Below, piece by piece: positions 45,156-58,563 of a stretch of 64,000 nucleotides of DNA. The notes below the pieces were generated by a model. The model did not search any database. It saw only the letters and a program-made list of their open reading frames with translations, and was not told the origin of the DNA. The DNA comes from Eimeria praecox (taxonomy: Eukaryota). Location: contig OY986949.1 of NCBI GenBank assembly GCA_963920595.1, forward strand, positions 1,364,001 through 1,428,000. Reading direction: 5' to 3'. The position numbers were made by a program, and so were the translations under genes. Numbering within the stretch: position 1 is the first letter of the stretch; the number at the start of each line of letters is the position of its first letter.

Positions 45156-45867
45156 TGTTAGACGGTCCCCTGCAGATCTTTAACAACTTTCAAGTGTATA
45201 CATAGGCAAGACACCAAAACCATACAGCCCAGGCAGGGCGCAGCTACTGATGCTACCAGCTAGCCATAGCTACCCAACTAGCCACAGCTAGCCAGCTAGC
45301 CAGCTAGCCACACATAACAACTTAACCACAGCTAGCCATAGCTAGCCACAGCTAGCCACAGGTAACAACGGCTAGTCACAGCTAGCCACAGCTAGCCACA
45401 GCTAGCCACAGCTAGCCGGATCTAGTCAGCTACCCACATCTAACCAGCTAGCCACAGCCAGCCAGGAGGCTCCCCAGAGCTAGCCAGCTAGTTGCTGGTG
45501 GCTGTAGCTCAGCTAGCGACTGTTCCTAACAGCCCATCACAGCTAGCTGTAGCTAGCTGTAGCTAGCTGCATCTAGAAAAACAGAACACCAGAGCAACAA
45601 AGAAGGGGTCTCCTGCTGCTGCCTAGCTGCAGCAAAAGGAGACAAGGAGACAGTGAGGTGTCTCCCTTTTCATATTTAGAGGGTAAGAGAAGAAGTCCTC
45701 ATACTTTGTATTTCTAAGAACTTAAAGACACAGACTAACTGTCTCCTTTAAGTTTACTGTCTCCTACAGACTACAGACAGATATCTTCTGTTAAGGGCTT
45801 GTCCCCACACATCTTGACAGATGCGCTGTCTCCTCTTTATTTTCTTATTAGACACGGAGACACTTCA

Positions 45868-47935
45868 TAGGGTTTAGGGTTTAGCGAGGGTTTAGGGTTT
45901 AGCGAGGGTTTAGGGTTTTAGAGTTGGACAACGGTTAGGGTTTAGGGTTTAGGGTTTACAGCCTGACGAGGCCTTAGGGTTTAGGGTTTAGGGTTTAGGG
46001 TTTAGGGTTTAGGGTTTAGGGTTTAGGGTTTAGGGTTTAGGGTTTAGGGTTTAGGGTTTAGGGTGGAAGCCTCATGTTGAGTCTCCCAAGACCCCTCAGT
46101 CTCTTGAGAGCTTCGTCTAACAGCTTCACACAGCAGCAAATATCTGCTGCTGTCTGAGCAGAAGATGTTTCTGCTGCTGCTGCTAGCTGCAGCAAATCAA
46201 AGAATCGTGCCTCCTGCAGCTCCTGAGGCGCCGGGGGGCCCCTTATCCATACACAACCCTGCAGCAGCAGCAGCAACAGCAGCAACAGCAGCAGCAGCAG
46301 CAAACGTAGCAGCAGCAGCGAAAGCAACAGCCGCAAAAGCAGCAGCAGCAGCAGCAACCAGGCAGCAACTCCAAAGGAGGCAGCTCCAAAGGAACCAACA
46401 GAGGCAGCAGCAGCAGCAAGAGCAGCAACAGCAGCAGCAGCAACAGCAGCAGCAACAGCAGCAGCAACAGCAGCAACAGCAGCAACAGCAGTAGCAGCAA
46501 CAGCAGCAAGAATAACAATGGAGCCCCAACTTTGTATGCTAACTCCCTATAAACCAGAAAATCCTTAACCCTAAACCCTAAACCCTAAACCCTAAACCCT
46601 AAACCCTAAACCCTAGGCTTGCCTCTTCGTCTTCTTCATCAATGGGGCGCTGCATTGATATATTGGAAAATATCGCCGCAGCTCGAGCAGCAACTCCTAC
46701 AAATTCAGCAGCTCTGTCAGAGACAAACTAGGGTTTAGGGTTTAGGGTTTAGGGTTTAGGGTTTAGGGTTTAGGGTTTAGGGTTTAGTTATTTGTTTTTC
46801 ATAGAACGAAGAGTCAAGGCTTACTCTGAGGAAGACTGTCTACAAGAGCAGCGCTGAGGGTAGGGGGTTCTCCTTGTAGCCCTGCATCAGCAGCAGAAAC
46901 CCTAAACCCTAAACCCTAAACCCTAAACCCTAAACCCTAAACCCTAAACCCTAGCGGTTTGAGATGCCTCTATCTAACCTGGTTTGAGCGTGAAGAGGGG
47001 CACCAGCCGGCAGAGACAGTTCTGATTCTGCTGCTGTCTCTCAGCAGCAAGATGCTGCAGCAGCACTAAACCTGTTTGTGAATTCAGGGCTTCTAGTTTA
47101 TGAGATAAGACAGGATGAGCAGAGCTTATAGTCCAGATGCCCTAGACACACACTGGGGTTTAGGGTTTAGGGTTTAGGGTTTAGGGGTTAGGGGTTAGGG
47201 GTTAGGGTTTAAGGGTTAGGGTTTAGGTCCGTCAGGGGGTTCTTCAGCTGCGGTTGTCTTAGCAGAACTTGCAATATAGGTCTAGGGGTTTATACATAGG
47301 GTTCAAAGCCTAGGGTTTAGGGTTTAGGGTTTAGGGTTTAGGGTTTACTTGCAGACACTTTGAACGAAGAACACACATTTTCATAGCTCCGTATAACAAC
47401 GCCTGCCCTTCCGCTGCGGACCCAACCCCTAAACCCTAGACCCTAAACCATAAACCCTAAACCCTAAACCCTAAAACCTAAACCCTAAACCCTCAATTGC
47501 TACAATGCAAAGGTAGGGGAACTAGGGTTTAGGGTTTGCTCTCTGCTTAGCCCCGTCTCACGATATCTTGTGCCAGCACCCTGAAGTAATCACCACAGAT
47601 AACAAACCCTAAACCCTAAACCCTAAACCCTAAACCCTAAACCCTAAACCCTAAACCTCAGGGTTCAAAGCTCGAACAAGCGGCATACACGAAGAAGCTT
47701 ACGAAATCATCCATGAGTAGAAGAGTGTTTTCAAAGCCATCTCTGCAAATACCCACAGTCACAACTTATTAGGGTTTATGGTTTAGGGTTTAGGGTTTAG
47801 GGTTTAGGGTTTAGGGTTTAGGGTTTAGGGTTTAGGGTTTAGGGTTTTTCAATGAAACACGAGAAAGATTCAGCAGCAGCACTGCAGCAAGTAGCCCGTG
47901 AAGCTGCAGCATCCCAGCAGCAGCAGCAGCAGGGC

Positions 47936-47986
<51 letters not shown>

Positions 47987-48384
47987 ACTTCGGGTGTCAC
48001 TTGAGGATCTGATTGAGGCGGAAGAGTTCGCAGTCGAAGCTCGACAGAGTCGGCACTACTCCTTCACACGCTGCATGCAAACCCTAAACCCTAAACCCTA
48101 AACCCTAAACCCTAAACCCTAAACCCTAAATCGTAGTTGTTGCTGAGATGTGGGGGGGGGGTTTCCCGCCAACACAGAATTCCTAACACTGCACGAAGGG
48201 GATGTAAGAGCTTAGGGTTTAAGTTTTAGGGTTTAGGGTTTAGGGTTTAGGGTTTAGGGTTTAGGGTTTATACAGGAGGCGCCCCAGCAGATCTTTCGGA
48301 TTTGACCGAAGGCAGCGAAGTCTGCAGGAACCCTCGAGCCGATATGCGCCAGGTGTATAGCCACACCAATAACCCGCAGCAACG

Positions 48385-48421
<37 letters not shown>

Positions 48422-51400
48422 GGTTGCGATCTAATAGACCTCAGTGCAGCAGCAACAGGTGCTGCTGCTGCTGCTGCTGCTGCTGCTGAAGGTGCTGCTG
48501 CTGTGTCTGTCTTACTCGACTTCCCACAGCCGTTATGTCCTGACTCAATCAGCAGCACATGCACCCCAAACCTTCAAACAGAAGGATTAGGGTTTAGGGT
48601 TTAGGGTTTAGGGTTTAGGGTTGTGCGATGAGCCGCATCCAAGGAAAGGAGTTTGTAGGCTTTCTTTCGTACCTGATATCACAGCAGACTACAAAACAAT
48701 CAGCAGCAGCAGACACAGCAACAAGACGTGCCTTCCCTGTCTAAAGACTCTAGGGTTTAGGGTTTAGGGTTTAGGGTTTAGGGTTTAGGGTTTAGGGTTT
48801 AGGGTTTAGAGCATCACTTGTCTATGAAGCAGCTTGAAGGAGAAAGGTAGAAAACCCTCGATACAATTCGTAGAAGGACGACATCGCCGCAGATTAATGA
48901 GGGGGCCCCCTGTAAACCTTGGGATACTCCAAGAGGGGCCCTCCTGGGGCCCCACACCCACAAACCCTAAACCCTAAACCCTAAACCCTAAACCCTAAGC
49001 CCTAGACCCTAAACCCTGCTGGCTTTGATAAGAGTTCCTTGTAGCCTTCAGCCTCACCGCCAAACGCGTAAGAGCGAGCAACGCGTCTAGTTCTCCTATT
49101 GCAGCTTCTGTGCAGCAGCAGCAGCAGCAGCAACAGCAACAGCAGCAGCAACAGCAACAGCAGCAGCAGCAGCAGCTTTGCATGCTGCTGCAGCAGATCG
49201 TCGGGAAGGCTGGGGAAGCACCCCTTGTCGAAGCAGAACTGAAGCAGGTCTCCTTCGACAATGTTGCCCACACCAAGGGTTTAGGGTTTAGGGTTTAGGG
49301 TTTAGGGTTTAGGGTTTAGGGTTTAGGGTTTACGGGCAGGGGTGAAGTGGTGAAGGTGCTTCAACAGATCCTTAGAGAGGTCTCTCGCCGCATTCCATCG
49401 ATACCAGTGCAGCTGACGATGAGGGTTTTCGAGGTCTACTCACAAACCGAGGGCTTAGGGTTTAGGGTTTAGGGTTTAGGGTTTAGGGTTTAGGGTTTAG
49501 GGTTTGAACCACGAGCGTGCACATGGGTTTTTATGTATTCTTCTGGTTTACATAAAGCAACGCTGCTAGGCAAGCACACTCTGCATACTAAACCCTAAAC
49601 CCTAAACCCTAAACCCTAAACCCTAAACCCTAATTTTGTATAATTAGGGTTTACGAAGTACCGTTCCAACTGAAGAAACTGTCTCGTGAGTTTTGAAAGA
49701 CTGCCTGATGTGGAGAAGAAAGCGCAGCATTTCATTACAAAAAATAGGGTTTAGGGTTTAGGGTTTAGGGTTTAGGGTTTAGGGTTTAGGGTTTAGGGTT
49801 TAGGGTTTAGGGTTTAGGGTTTAGGGTTTAGCTGGGCCTACGTAATCCCCGTCCATGAAGGCATAATGAAAAGCATCTGAAGGGGGAATTCTCTCTTCTG
49901 CTTGCTGCACGCTGCGGTGTATATACAGCAGCAGGCCTGCAGCATCACACAGTCTAAACCCTAAACCCCAAACCCTTAACCCTAAACCCTAAACCCTAGG
50001 GGGTTTAGATAAGAAGAAGGCCCCTTGCCTGGATAGTAGGAGGCGATGAAGGAGGCGTTTGCGGGGACAGGATAATTTATCTCTTCTTTATTAGTTTCGA
50101 ACTCCTAAGCATCAACAAGACAGAAACCCTAAACCCTAAACCCTAAACCCTAAACCCTAGACACCCAAGTAACTCTCTTCCCCATCGTAAGCTTACAACC
50201 GGGCGTTTGAGGTTTAGGGTTTAGGGTTTAGGGTTTAGGGTTTAGGGTTTAGCTTGCCTCCAAAAACCGCTGATGGGCTGCCTTGAGGAATTCTGTGCTT
50301 CCCACATATTCGCACATATCCTGTGGCACAGCACAACTCTAAACCCTAAACCCTAAACCCTAAACCCTAAACCCTAAACCCTAAACCCCTGATTTTACGT
50401 CTCCCGTAGCTGTCAGCTTGAGCTGTCTGGAGTTGTCTAGGGCTGCAGCTCAGGGTTTGAAGCTAAGAATTTGTGTATGAGATCAACCGTTTAGGGTTTA
50501 GGGTTTAGGGTTTAGGGTTTAGGGTTTAGGGTTTAGGGTTTAGGGTTTAGGGTTTAGGGTTTAGGTAGTTGCTACTTTCAGCTCTTCTTCTTCTTCCGTA
50601 GGGAGAAAGACCAGCCTGAGACAGAAGCAACAGACGCTGGCCCGACCCCCAAACCTAAAACCCTAAACCCTAAACCCTAAACCCTAGACCCCCCGGGCTA
50701 GTGAACAAACCCTAAACCCTAAACCCTAAACCCTAAACCCTAAACCCTTAAACACAGTGACGGACTCTGCTTCTTCCTTGCATTTTCCGATGTCGAGGCG
50801 ACTCTCCAACACTCGCCCAACTGCACGCCTCTAAAACACCCTAAACCCTAAACCCTAAACCCTAAACCCTAACCCCTAAACCCTAAACCCTAAACCCTGC
50901 GGCTTATTGTTTCGTCAGAAACTTCTCCAGTGAGCCCGCTGCAGCTGTAGGAAATAGTGTTCTTTGCTGCAAGAGCTGCTTTATCACCTGCTGAGGTTAG
51001 AAGGATTTAGGGTTTAGGGTTTAGGGTTTAGGGTTTAGGGTTTAGGGTTTAGGGTTTAGGGTTTTGATACCTTCACTGACACGCCCTTGCAGCTCAAAAA
51101 TACGACGAACTGCTGGAACTGCCTCAAGCTGCGGGAGCTCAATCAACAGCAGACAGAGGCCATCATAAGCCGCACCTGACCAACAAACCCTAAACCCTAA
51201 ACCCTAAACCCTAAACCCTAAACCCTAGCCCCCAGCCCTGTATCTCAAACCCTAGCCTATGCATAAACATCAGGCAAGAGCCCGCTGCTCTATCGGTTTC
51301 AGAGACCCTTAAAGACACATCACCTCTGGGGTTTAGACCTGACCATTAGGGTTTAGGGTTTAGGGTTTAGGGTTTAGGGTTTAGGTGTACAGAAGCTAAG

Positions 51401-51504
51401 GAGCTGCTTCACATGAGGCCAAGTGAGAGGGGCGTGTTGTCTTGAAGAAGACACCGCGTGTTTCATCTCCTGAAAGACAAACAGAAGAATATATATTTAA
51501 TTAA

Positions 51505-51579
<75 letters not shown>

Positions 51580-52308
51580 AGTAAATGTGTATTAGGGTTT
51601 AAGAGGCTGAGGCATTCTATGGAGGGTTTAGGGTTTGTCGCACATGCAAAACTTAGCTAGTAGGGTTTAGGGGTTAGGGTTTAGGGGTTACGGTTAGGGT
51701 TTAGGGGTTAGGGTTTAGGGTTTAGGGTTTAGGGTTTAGGGTTGGGCCTACCTTGGCTGCCTTCAGACTCTTCGTGAAGTTGTCTGTGCCAAGAAAAACC
51801 CTTAAACCCCTAAACCCTAAACCCTAAACCCTAAACCCTAAACCCCAAACCCTAAACCCTAAACCCTAAACCCTAAACCCTAAACCCTTGTTGGCGTACC
51901 GCAAGTAAGAGCAGCTAAATTCGCCAGACAAATTGTTACAGCTCGTTGCCGCGCCTGCAGCAGCCACAAAGACTGCTGAAGCAAGGGTTTAGGGTTTAGG
52001 GTTTAGGGTTTAGGGTTTAGGGGTTGTGTCTGAAACAAGCCCCTGAGAACAACCCCTGGATAAACACTAGGGTTTAGGGTTTAGGGTTTAGGGTTTAGGT
52101 TTTTGGGGCCTCGCCTGAATAATGTGCTGGTCTGTTGTTGGCTGAAAGGCAACACCAAACAAGCAACCCTTAAACCCTAAACCCTAAACCCTAAACCCTA
52201 AACCCTAAGCACTTATCATTACGGAGGGACACTATAAGAGGGTTTAGGGTTAGGGTTTACAGCCAACAGCAACAGCAGCAGAAGGAACAGCATCAGCAAA
52301 TGTAGAAG

Positions 52309-52376
<68 letters not shown>

Positions 52377-54570
52377 ACAGCAGCAGCAGCAGCAGCAGCA
52401 GGAACAGCAGCAGCAGCAGCAGCAGCAATACCGAGAGAATCCAGGAGAGAAGCGTTCGGCGGCCCATCGGTGTTTCTGCAAGCAGCAGCCTCCTTCGTAC
52501 TCGAACCCCTAAACCCTAAACCCTAAACCCTAAACCCTAAGCCCTAAACCCTAAACCCTAAACCCTAAACCCTACGTCTTACGTGCCAGGGAACACCACT
52601 CCTCGGCGAGCCAAACAGGGCGATCCTGTTTGTCTGAAGGGGGGCTCGCACAAACCCTAAACCCTAAACCCTAAACCCTAAACCCTAAACCCTAAACCCT
52701 AAGGGCCTGTGCCACTAGAACAGCTCTACAGGGCACATCACACTATGCAGTTAAAGGTTATGCCGGGAATGTAGGGTTTAGGATTTAGGATTTAGGGTTT
52801 AGGGTCTAGGGTTTAGGGTTTAGGGTTTAGGGTTTAGGGTTTAGGGTTTCTATACAGCCCACTTTCGCTGCGAGGCTCATTTTTCTGGAGACCAACGGGC
52901 CGTCTGCGGTGCACTCACAAACCCTAAACCCTAAACCCTAAACCCTATACCATAAACCCTAAACCCTAAGCCCTAAACCCTAAACCCTGCTTACCCCCAT
53001 ATACCGAGGCCGCGAAGGGTTAGCTCGTCCGTGCTGAGATGCTGCGGCCTCCCCAAACACAAACCCTAAACCCTAAACCCTAAACCCTAAACCCTAAACC
53101 CTAAACTCTCAACGCTCCCCCTTCTGTTTCAACACTTTAGTGGCACTTAGCCTGGTAAGCATCAGACTCCAAACCCTAAACCCTAAACCCTAACCCCTAA
53201 ACCCTAAACCCTAAACCCTAAACCCTAAACCCACAGCTCCCAGCAGGGTTTCAGAAACCTCCGTAAGGTCTTTGAGGACGAGGGGGGCCTCCCTCTGCTC
53301 GCATCGCTCCAGAGGCAGCAAACAGCTTTGGGTTTGAGCTATGAGCCTAGGGTTTAGGGTTTAGGGCTTAGGGTTTAGGGTTTAGGGTTTAGGGTTTACG
53401 TGGAGGTGAAGCAAGAGGGCGCCCGTAGCACTGACGACAACAAACACAACATAATGTCGCTAATCTCTCCAGGGGAACGAGAGGCCCTGCAGCTGCTGAC
53501 AGATACCTCAAACCCTAAACCCTAAACCCTAAACCCTAAACCCTAAACCCTAAACCTTAAAACCCTGATGATGACAGTTCTTGACCCCCAAACCCTCAGT
53601 GTCGCAGTTCAGCAGACCTCAAAGCCTCTCCCGAGAGCCCATACAGCTGAAGACACACACAAATAGCCCTAGGGTTAAGGGTTTAGGGTTTAGGGTTTAG
53701 GGTTTAGGGTTTCTTAAACCTCAACGAAGGCCTCACCGATTCGCTGTTGTCGCTGCTGGTGCTGCAGGCCAAGCGAGGAGTAATGCTCCGCAGCCAGTGG
53801 GCCCCTGAACGCACAAACCCTAGACGCTAAACCCTAAACCCTAAACCCTAAACCCTAAACCCTAACCCGTAAACAATAGTGTGTTAGCGTTGCTGTGCAC
53901 CGCGAGGCCCTGTTTTGAAGTTTAAAACCTATCTCTTGATCGCTAAACCCTAAACCCTAAACCCTAAACCCTAAACCCTAAACCCTAAACCCTAAACCCT
54001 GTCTCTGACCTTTCGATGGCGTGAACTCTCTAGCTGGTAAGAATATAAAGGAGACACTTCTATCGCCGCTGTCTCCTTTGAGTGTCTCCTCAGGTCCTTC
54101 GGCTGTCAGGGCCTCCAGCAGCAATCTGAGGGGCCCCACAGCAGCAACTAGCTTGTTGCTGTAGTCAAGGAAACCCTAAACCCTAAACCCTAAACCCTAA
54201 ACCCTAGCCCTTCAGGAGACAAATACGACTGTCTCCGGTTGTCAGCATTCTCCCTACTATCACAACAACCCTAAATCGTAAACCCTAAACCCTAAACCCT
54301 AAACTGCCTGCCTGGTTTCACCGCTATGGCTTAGAGCCGAGGATCTAGGGTTTAGGGTTTAGGGTTTAGGGTTTAGGGTTTAGGGTTTAGGGTTTAGGGT
54401 TTACTCTCTCTCTGCATGCGGCATGCTAGCAGGTAGCAGGATATTCCACGCAGTCGAAGAGAAACCCTCGAGGAAAAGATCAGCGTCCATCTGACGCTGT
54501 AGATACACCCCAAACCCTAAACCCTAAACCCTAAACCCTAAACCCTAAACCCTAAACCCTAAACCCTAAG
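45868..54570. repeat. Dense field of roughly 50 interstitial telomere-like (AAACCCT)n/(AGGGTTT)n arrays in both orientations, occupying the MutS gene introns and 3' flank
   Basis: Arrays of a few to about 12 units every 100-200 bp, separated by unique exon-bearing islands. Confidence 0.95.
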
Positions 54571-54689
54571 TGTGTTTGTTAGAGTGTGTCTTTAGGGTTT
54601 TTTTGTATAGGAATAAGTTTTAGGGTTTTGTTTATGTTCGTTAGAAAACAAAAACTGTATCTTCTTCACCTTAAGAGAAACAAATGCTT

Positions 54690-54744
<55 letters not shown>

Positions 54745-54911
54745 GCCCCCCCCTCCAGTGATGAGGGGTCTCTGATACACCTGCAGCAGCTCCGGAGAAG
54801 CTGAAGCAGCAGCAGCAGCAGCAAGAGTGCTTTGTGCTGCAAAGACTGCACAGCGGACTGTCGCTAACAGAGGAGCTGCAGCACTGTGGGGCCCCACACT
54901 CCCTGTCTCCT

Positions 54912-54942
<31 letters not shown>

Positions 54943-55065
54943 TCTCCTATCTCCAGCACCGCCGGCATACAAGGGGGGGGCCCTCAGCCCCGGTGTGTCT
55001 TCTGCAGCAAATGGTTTGAAGGAGACACTTCCTCGAGAAGGAGACAGCAGTCCTACACGTGCTGC

Positions 55066-55122
<57 letters not shown>

Positions 55123-55270
55123 CGGTGTCTCACACAGAGGGGGCCCCTCCGAGGGGCCCCTCAACACCCCGATGAAGCTACTGTCTCCTTCGGGGGGAGA
55201 CACTGAGAAGGAGACAAATCCTTCACAGCTAGGTCTGCAGCTGCTGTCCTTCCCGGCCTGTTGCTGCTGC

Positions 55271-55326
<56 letters not shown>

Positions 55327-55561
55327 GAGTAGGCCCTCTGCAGCAAGACACTGCACCTCAAGGATGGGTTCCCTACAAACTCTTTCGTCTCCTTCGGTAG
55401 ATGAGGAGACACCCTCCAAACCCGTATCTTCTCTGTCTCCTCCTTTAGAGGGGGGGGGGCCCCCGGGGGCCCCCAGCTCAATGTAGTTAGAAGCATACGT
55501 TGAAGCAGGAGAACATGAAGCGCTTGTTGCTTTGCTGCTGCTGCTGCTGCTGCTGCTGCTC

Positions 55562-55597
<36 letters not shown>

Positions 55598-55655
55598 ATG
55601 CTGCTGCTGGGCCCCCTGCAATGGTGCTTGCTGCTGGTGGTGGTGCTGCTGCTGT

Positions 55656-55686
<31 letters not shown>

Positions 55687-55879
55687 TATGCTGCTGCTGC
55701 TTATGCTGCTGCTGTGCCCCCTGCAATGGTGTTTGCTGCTGTTGGTGCTGCTGCTGTTGGTGCTGCTGCTGCTGCTGCTGTTGCTGCTGCCGCTGGGTTT
55801 GCTGCCCCTGCCATGATACTTGCTGCTGCTGTTGCTGCTCCGGCTGAGTTTGTTGCTGCTGCTGTCGCCACAGAAGTAC

Positions 55880-55916
<37 letters not shown>

Positions 55917-56061
55917 CGTTGTTGCTGCTGCTGCTGCTGCCGTTGTTGCTGCTGCTTCTGCTGTTTGTATCGCGAAAGCGATAAGGAAGACAGCTGCTGC
56001 TGCAAGGAGGTGTGGGGCCCCCCTGCAGCAGACGCCGGCCAGGGTACAAAGAGGAGGAGTC

Positions 56062-56097
<36 letters not shown>

Positions 56098-56153
56098 GGG
56101 CTGATGCGTGTCTTTCCCCTTTGATATCTGCTGCAGCCTCAGCTGCTGCTGTG

Positions 56154-56193
<40 letters not shown>

Positions 56194-56497
56194 CTGCGTT
56201 CGAGGCAACATCGACAGAACGGTGAGTTGTGGATGTGCTGGACTGCTGCTGCTGCTGCTGCTGCTGTTGCTGCTGTTGCTGCTTCTGCCGCTGCTGCTGC
56301 TGCTTCTGCTATTGTTGTTGCTGCTTCTGATGATGCTCCTGCTGCTGCTATTGCTGTTGCTGCTGCTGCTGCTGCTGTAGCTGCTGCTGCTGCTGCTGAT
56401 GCGCCAGCTGCTGCTGCTCGTAGGTGTAGACATCAGCAGGCAGTGCTGCTGCTGCTGTCTTGGGTGTCTCTCAGGGTATGCTTTCAGGTCTTTGAGA

Positions 56498-56576
<79 letters not shown>

Positions 56577-56706
56577 TAACCCCTGTTTCAGAGGAGGAGA
56601 CAGCTTCATCTTCAGGTGTATCCTCAGCTAAACATATAACTGAAGCAGCAGACACTTTCTGTCGTTTTGCTGCTAGCTGCGGCTCAGCAGCAGCCAGTAA
56701 ACACAT
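46058..56706 (-). CDS. MSH5: Divergent MutS-family protein, most similar to meiotic MSH5; about 35-40 short exons after one large low-complexity first exon
   Basis: Unique islands between telomeric arrays, when joined, give MutS motifs in order: QTPMGRRTLLSWILS (52475-52432), PTTDQHIIQ, ARQRAV, AIGELDALLALTRLA (49107-49058), Walker A AVISG|HNGCGKS|T (48688-48673, 48539-48516), TLLRVIGVAIHLAHIGSRVPA (48384-48307), LSSFDCEL, Walker B LLLMDDF|GAGT (47742-47703, 47580-47562), PEGQALL, LVPLFTLKPG, SLPQRVAARA. MutS assignment is strong. MSH5 is inferred from AHIGS, DxFGxGT and no evident mismatch-binding domain I. The start codon (56706) and a few internal exons are uncertain. Confidence 0.75.
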
Positions 56707-57212
56707 CTTGCTGTGGGGCCCCACACACACTGCAGCAGCAGCTTGTGGGGTGAAGAGAATAACAACAAGACAGCAAACAAACACACAAACTAAACACAAA
56801 ACCCTTGAGCTACTGCTGCTCCTGCTGCTGCTGCTGCAGCAGCAGCAGCAGGTGCTGCTGCTGCTCCTGCTGCTGTTGAAGGGTCTTGTCTGAGCTGCTG
56901 CTGCTGCTGCTGCTGTGGATGCGTTGCTCCTGCGGCTGCTGCGTTGTTGCTGCTTTTGCTACGCTGCTGCAGTAACTGCGGCTGCTGCTGCTGCTGCTAC
57001 GGCTGCTGTTGCTGCTGCTGCTGCTACGGCTGCTGCTGCTGCTGCTGCTGCTGCGGCTGCTGCTGCTGCTGCTGCTGCTGCTGATGGTTCTAGAGTCAGG
57101 GGGGCTGTCGTATATGTTAGTGTGATAAGGAGACAGAGAGATTGTTGACAAGACAGAGAAAAGTTAGACAAAGCAGAGAAGAATGCTGCAGTTCTCGTGC
57201 TGCAGAAAATCG

Positions 57213-57282
<70 letters not shown>

Positions 57283-58194
57283 GCGGCGGCTGCGCTTCTA
57301 AGGAAACAGAAAAATGATAGTTAAGATCTTTAAGGACGTAAAATGCTTTAATTTATAAAATAAAAATAAATAAAAATGAATAAAAATAAATAAAAATATA
57401 ATAATAATAATAAATAAATAAATAAATAAACAACAACACCGTGGGGTGTATGCGGAGGTAGCCAATGGTCATGTAGTGCGATGGAGCGAAGTTGTTTGCT
57501 TCATTTTCTTTGATTTTGTTTTATATTTATTTAAAATTTTTAAATTAAATAAATAAAAATAAATAAAAATAAATAAAAATAAATAAAAATAAATAAATAA
57601 GTAGTATTTACAACTACATTCAACGGCCCCACCGACACACCTTGTCGGCTGCAGCAGCAGCAGCAGCAGCAACAGCAGCACAAAGAGCAGCAGCAGTAGC
57701 AGCAGCACATACAGAAGCAGCAGCAGCAGCAGCAGCACATACAGCAGCAGCAATAACAGCAGCATAAAGAACAGCAGCAGCAACACAAAGAGCAGCACGA
57801 AAGCAACAGCAACAGCAGCAGCAGCAACACGAAGAGCTGCAGCAGCAACAGCACAAAGAGCTGCTGCTGCAGCAGCAGCCCAAAACGCTGCAGCAGCTGC
57901 GGCATCTAAGATGTTGGCAGCAGACTGCAGCAGCAGCAGACTGCAGCAGCAGCAGACTGCAGCATCAGCAGCAGACTGCAGCATCAGCAGCAGACTGCAG
58001 CAGCAGCAGACTGCAGCAGTAGCAGCAGACTGCAGCAGCAGCAGACTGCAGCAGTAGCAGCAGCAGCAGCAGCAGCAGAGTATGTTTAGACTTGTAAGGT
58101 TATTACTGTTGAGAGTTTGGAGGAAAATAAGAAAAAACAATAAATAATCTTTCATGTTTGTTCCTATATTATAAAACCCTTAGATAATAATACT

Positions 58195-58243
<49 letters not shown>

Positions 58244-58337
58244 TATATGCATATATATATATGAGTATATATAATAGAGTATATATAATATATACGTAAT
58301 ATAAATAGTATCTACACTATATATATATAGTGTGCTT

Positions 58338-58396
<59 letters not shown>

Positions 58397-58523
58397 AATA
58401 TTATATATATAGTATTTATAATGTATATACTATATACTACATATATTATATTATATTATATATATACATATATATATATACATATACATATTATAGTATT
58501 TATAATGTATATACTATATACCA

Positions 58524-58563
<40 letters not shown>

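Noticed and set aside
54405..54497. FANCM/Mph1-like helicase start (TAWNILLP..ERE)
   Set aside because: Downstream exons lack helicase motifs and instead give MutS motifs.
45868..54570. CRISPR-like repeat/spacer pattern
   Set aside because: The repeats are variable-length telomeric heptamer arrays in both orientations, the spacers are exons with splice sites, no cas genes are present, and the context is eukaryotic.
45868..54570. Chromosome end or telomere fusion site
   Set aside because: The arrays are short, interstitial and confined to the introns and 3' flank of a coherent gene.
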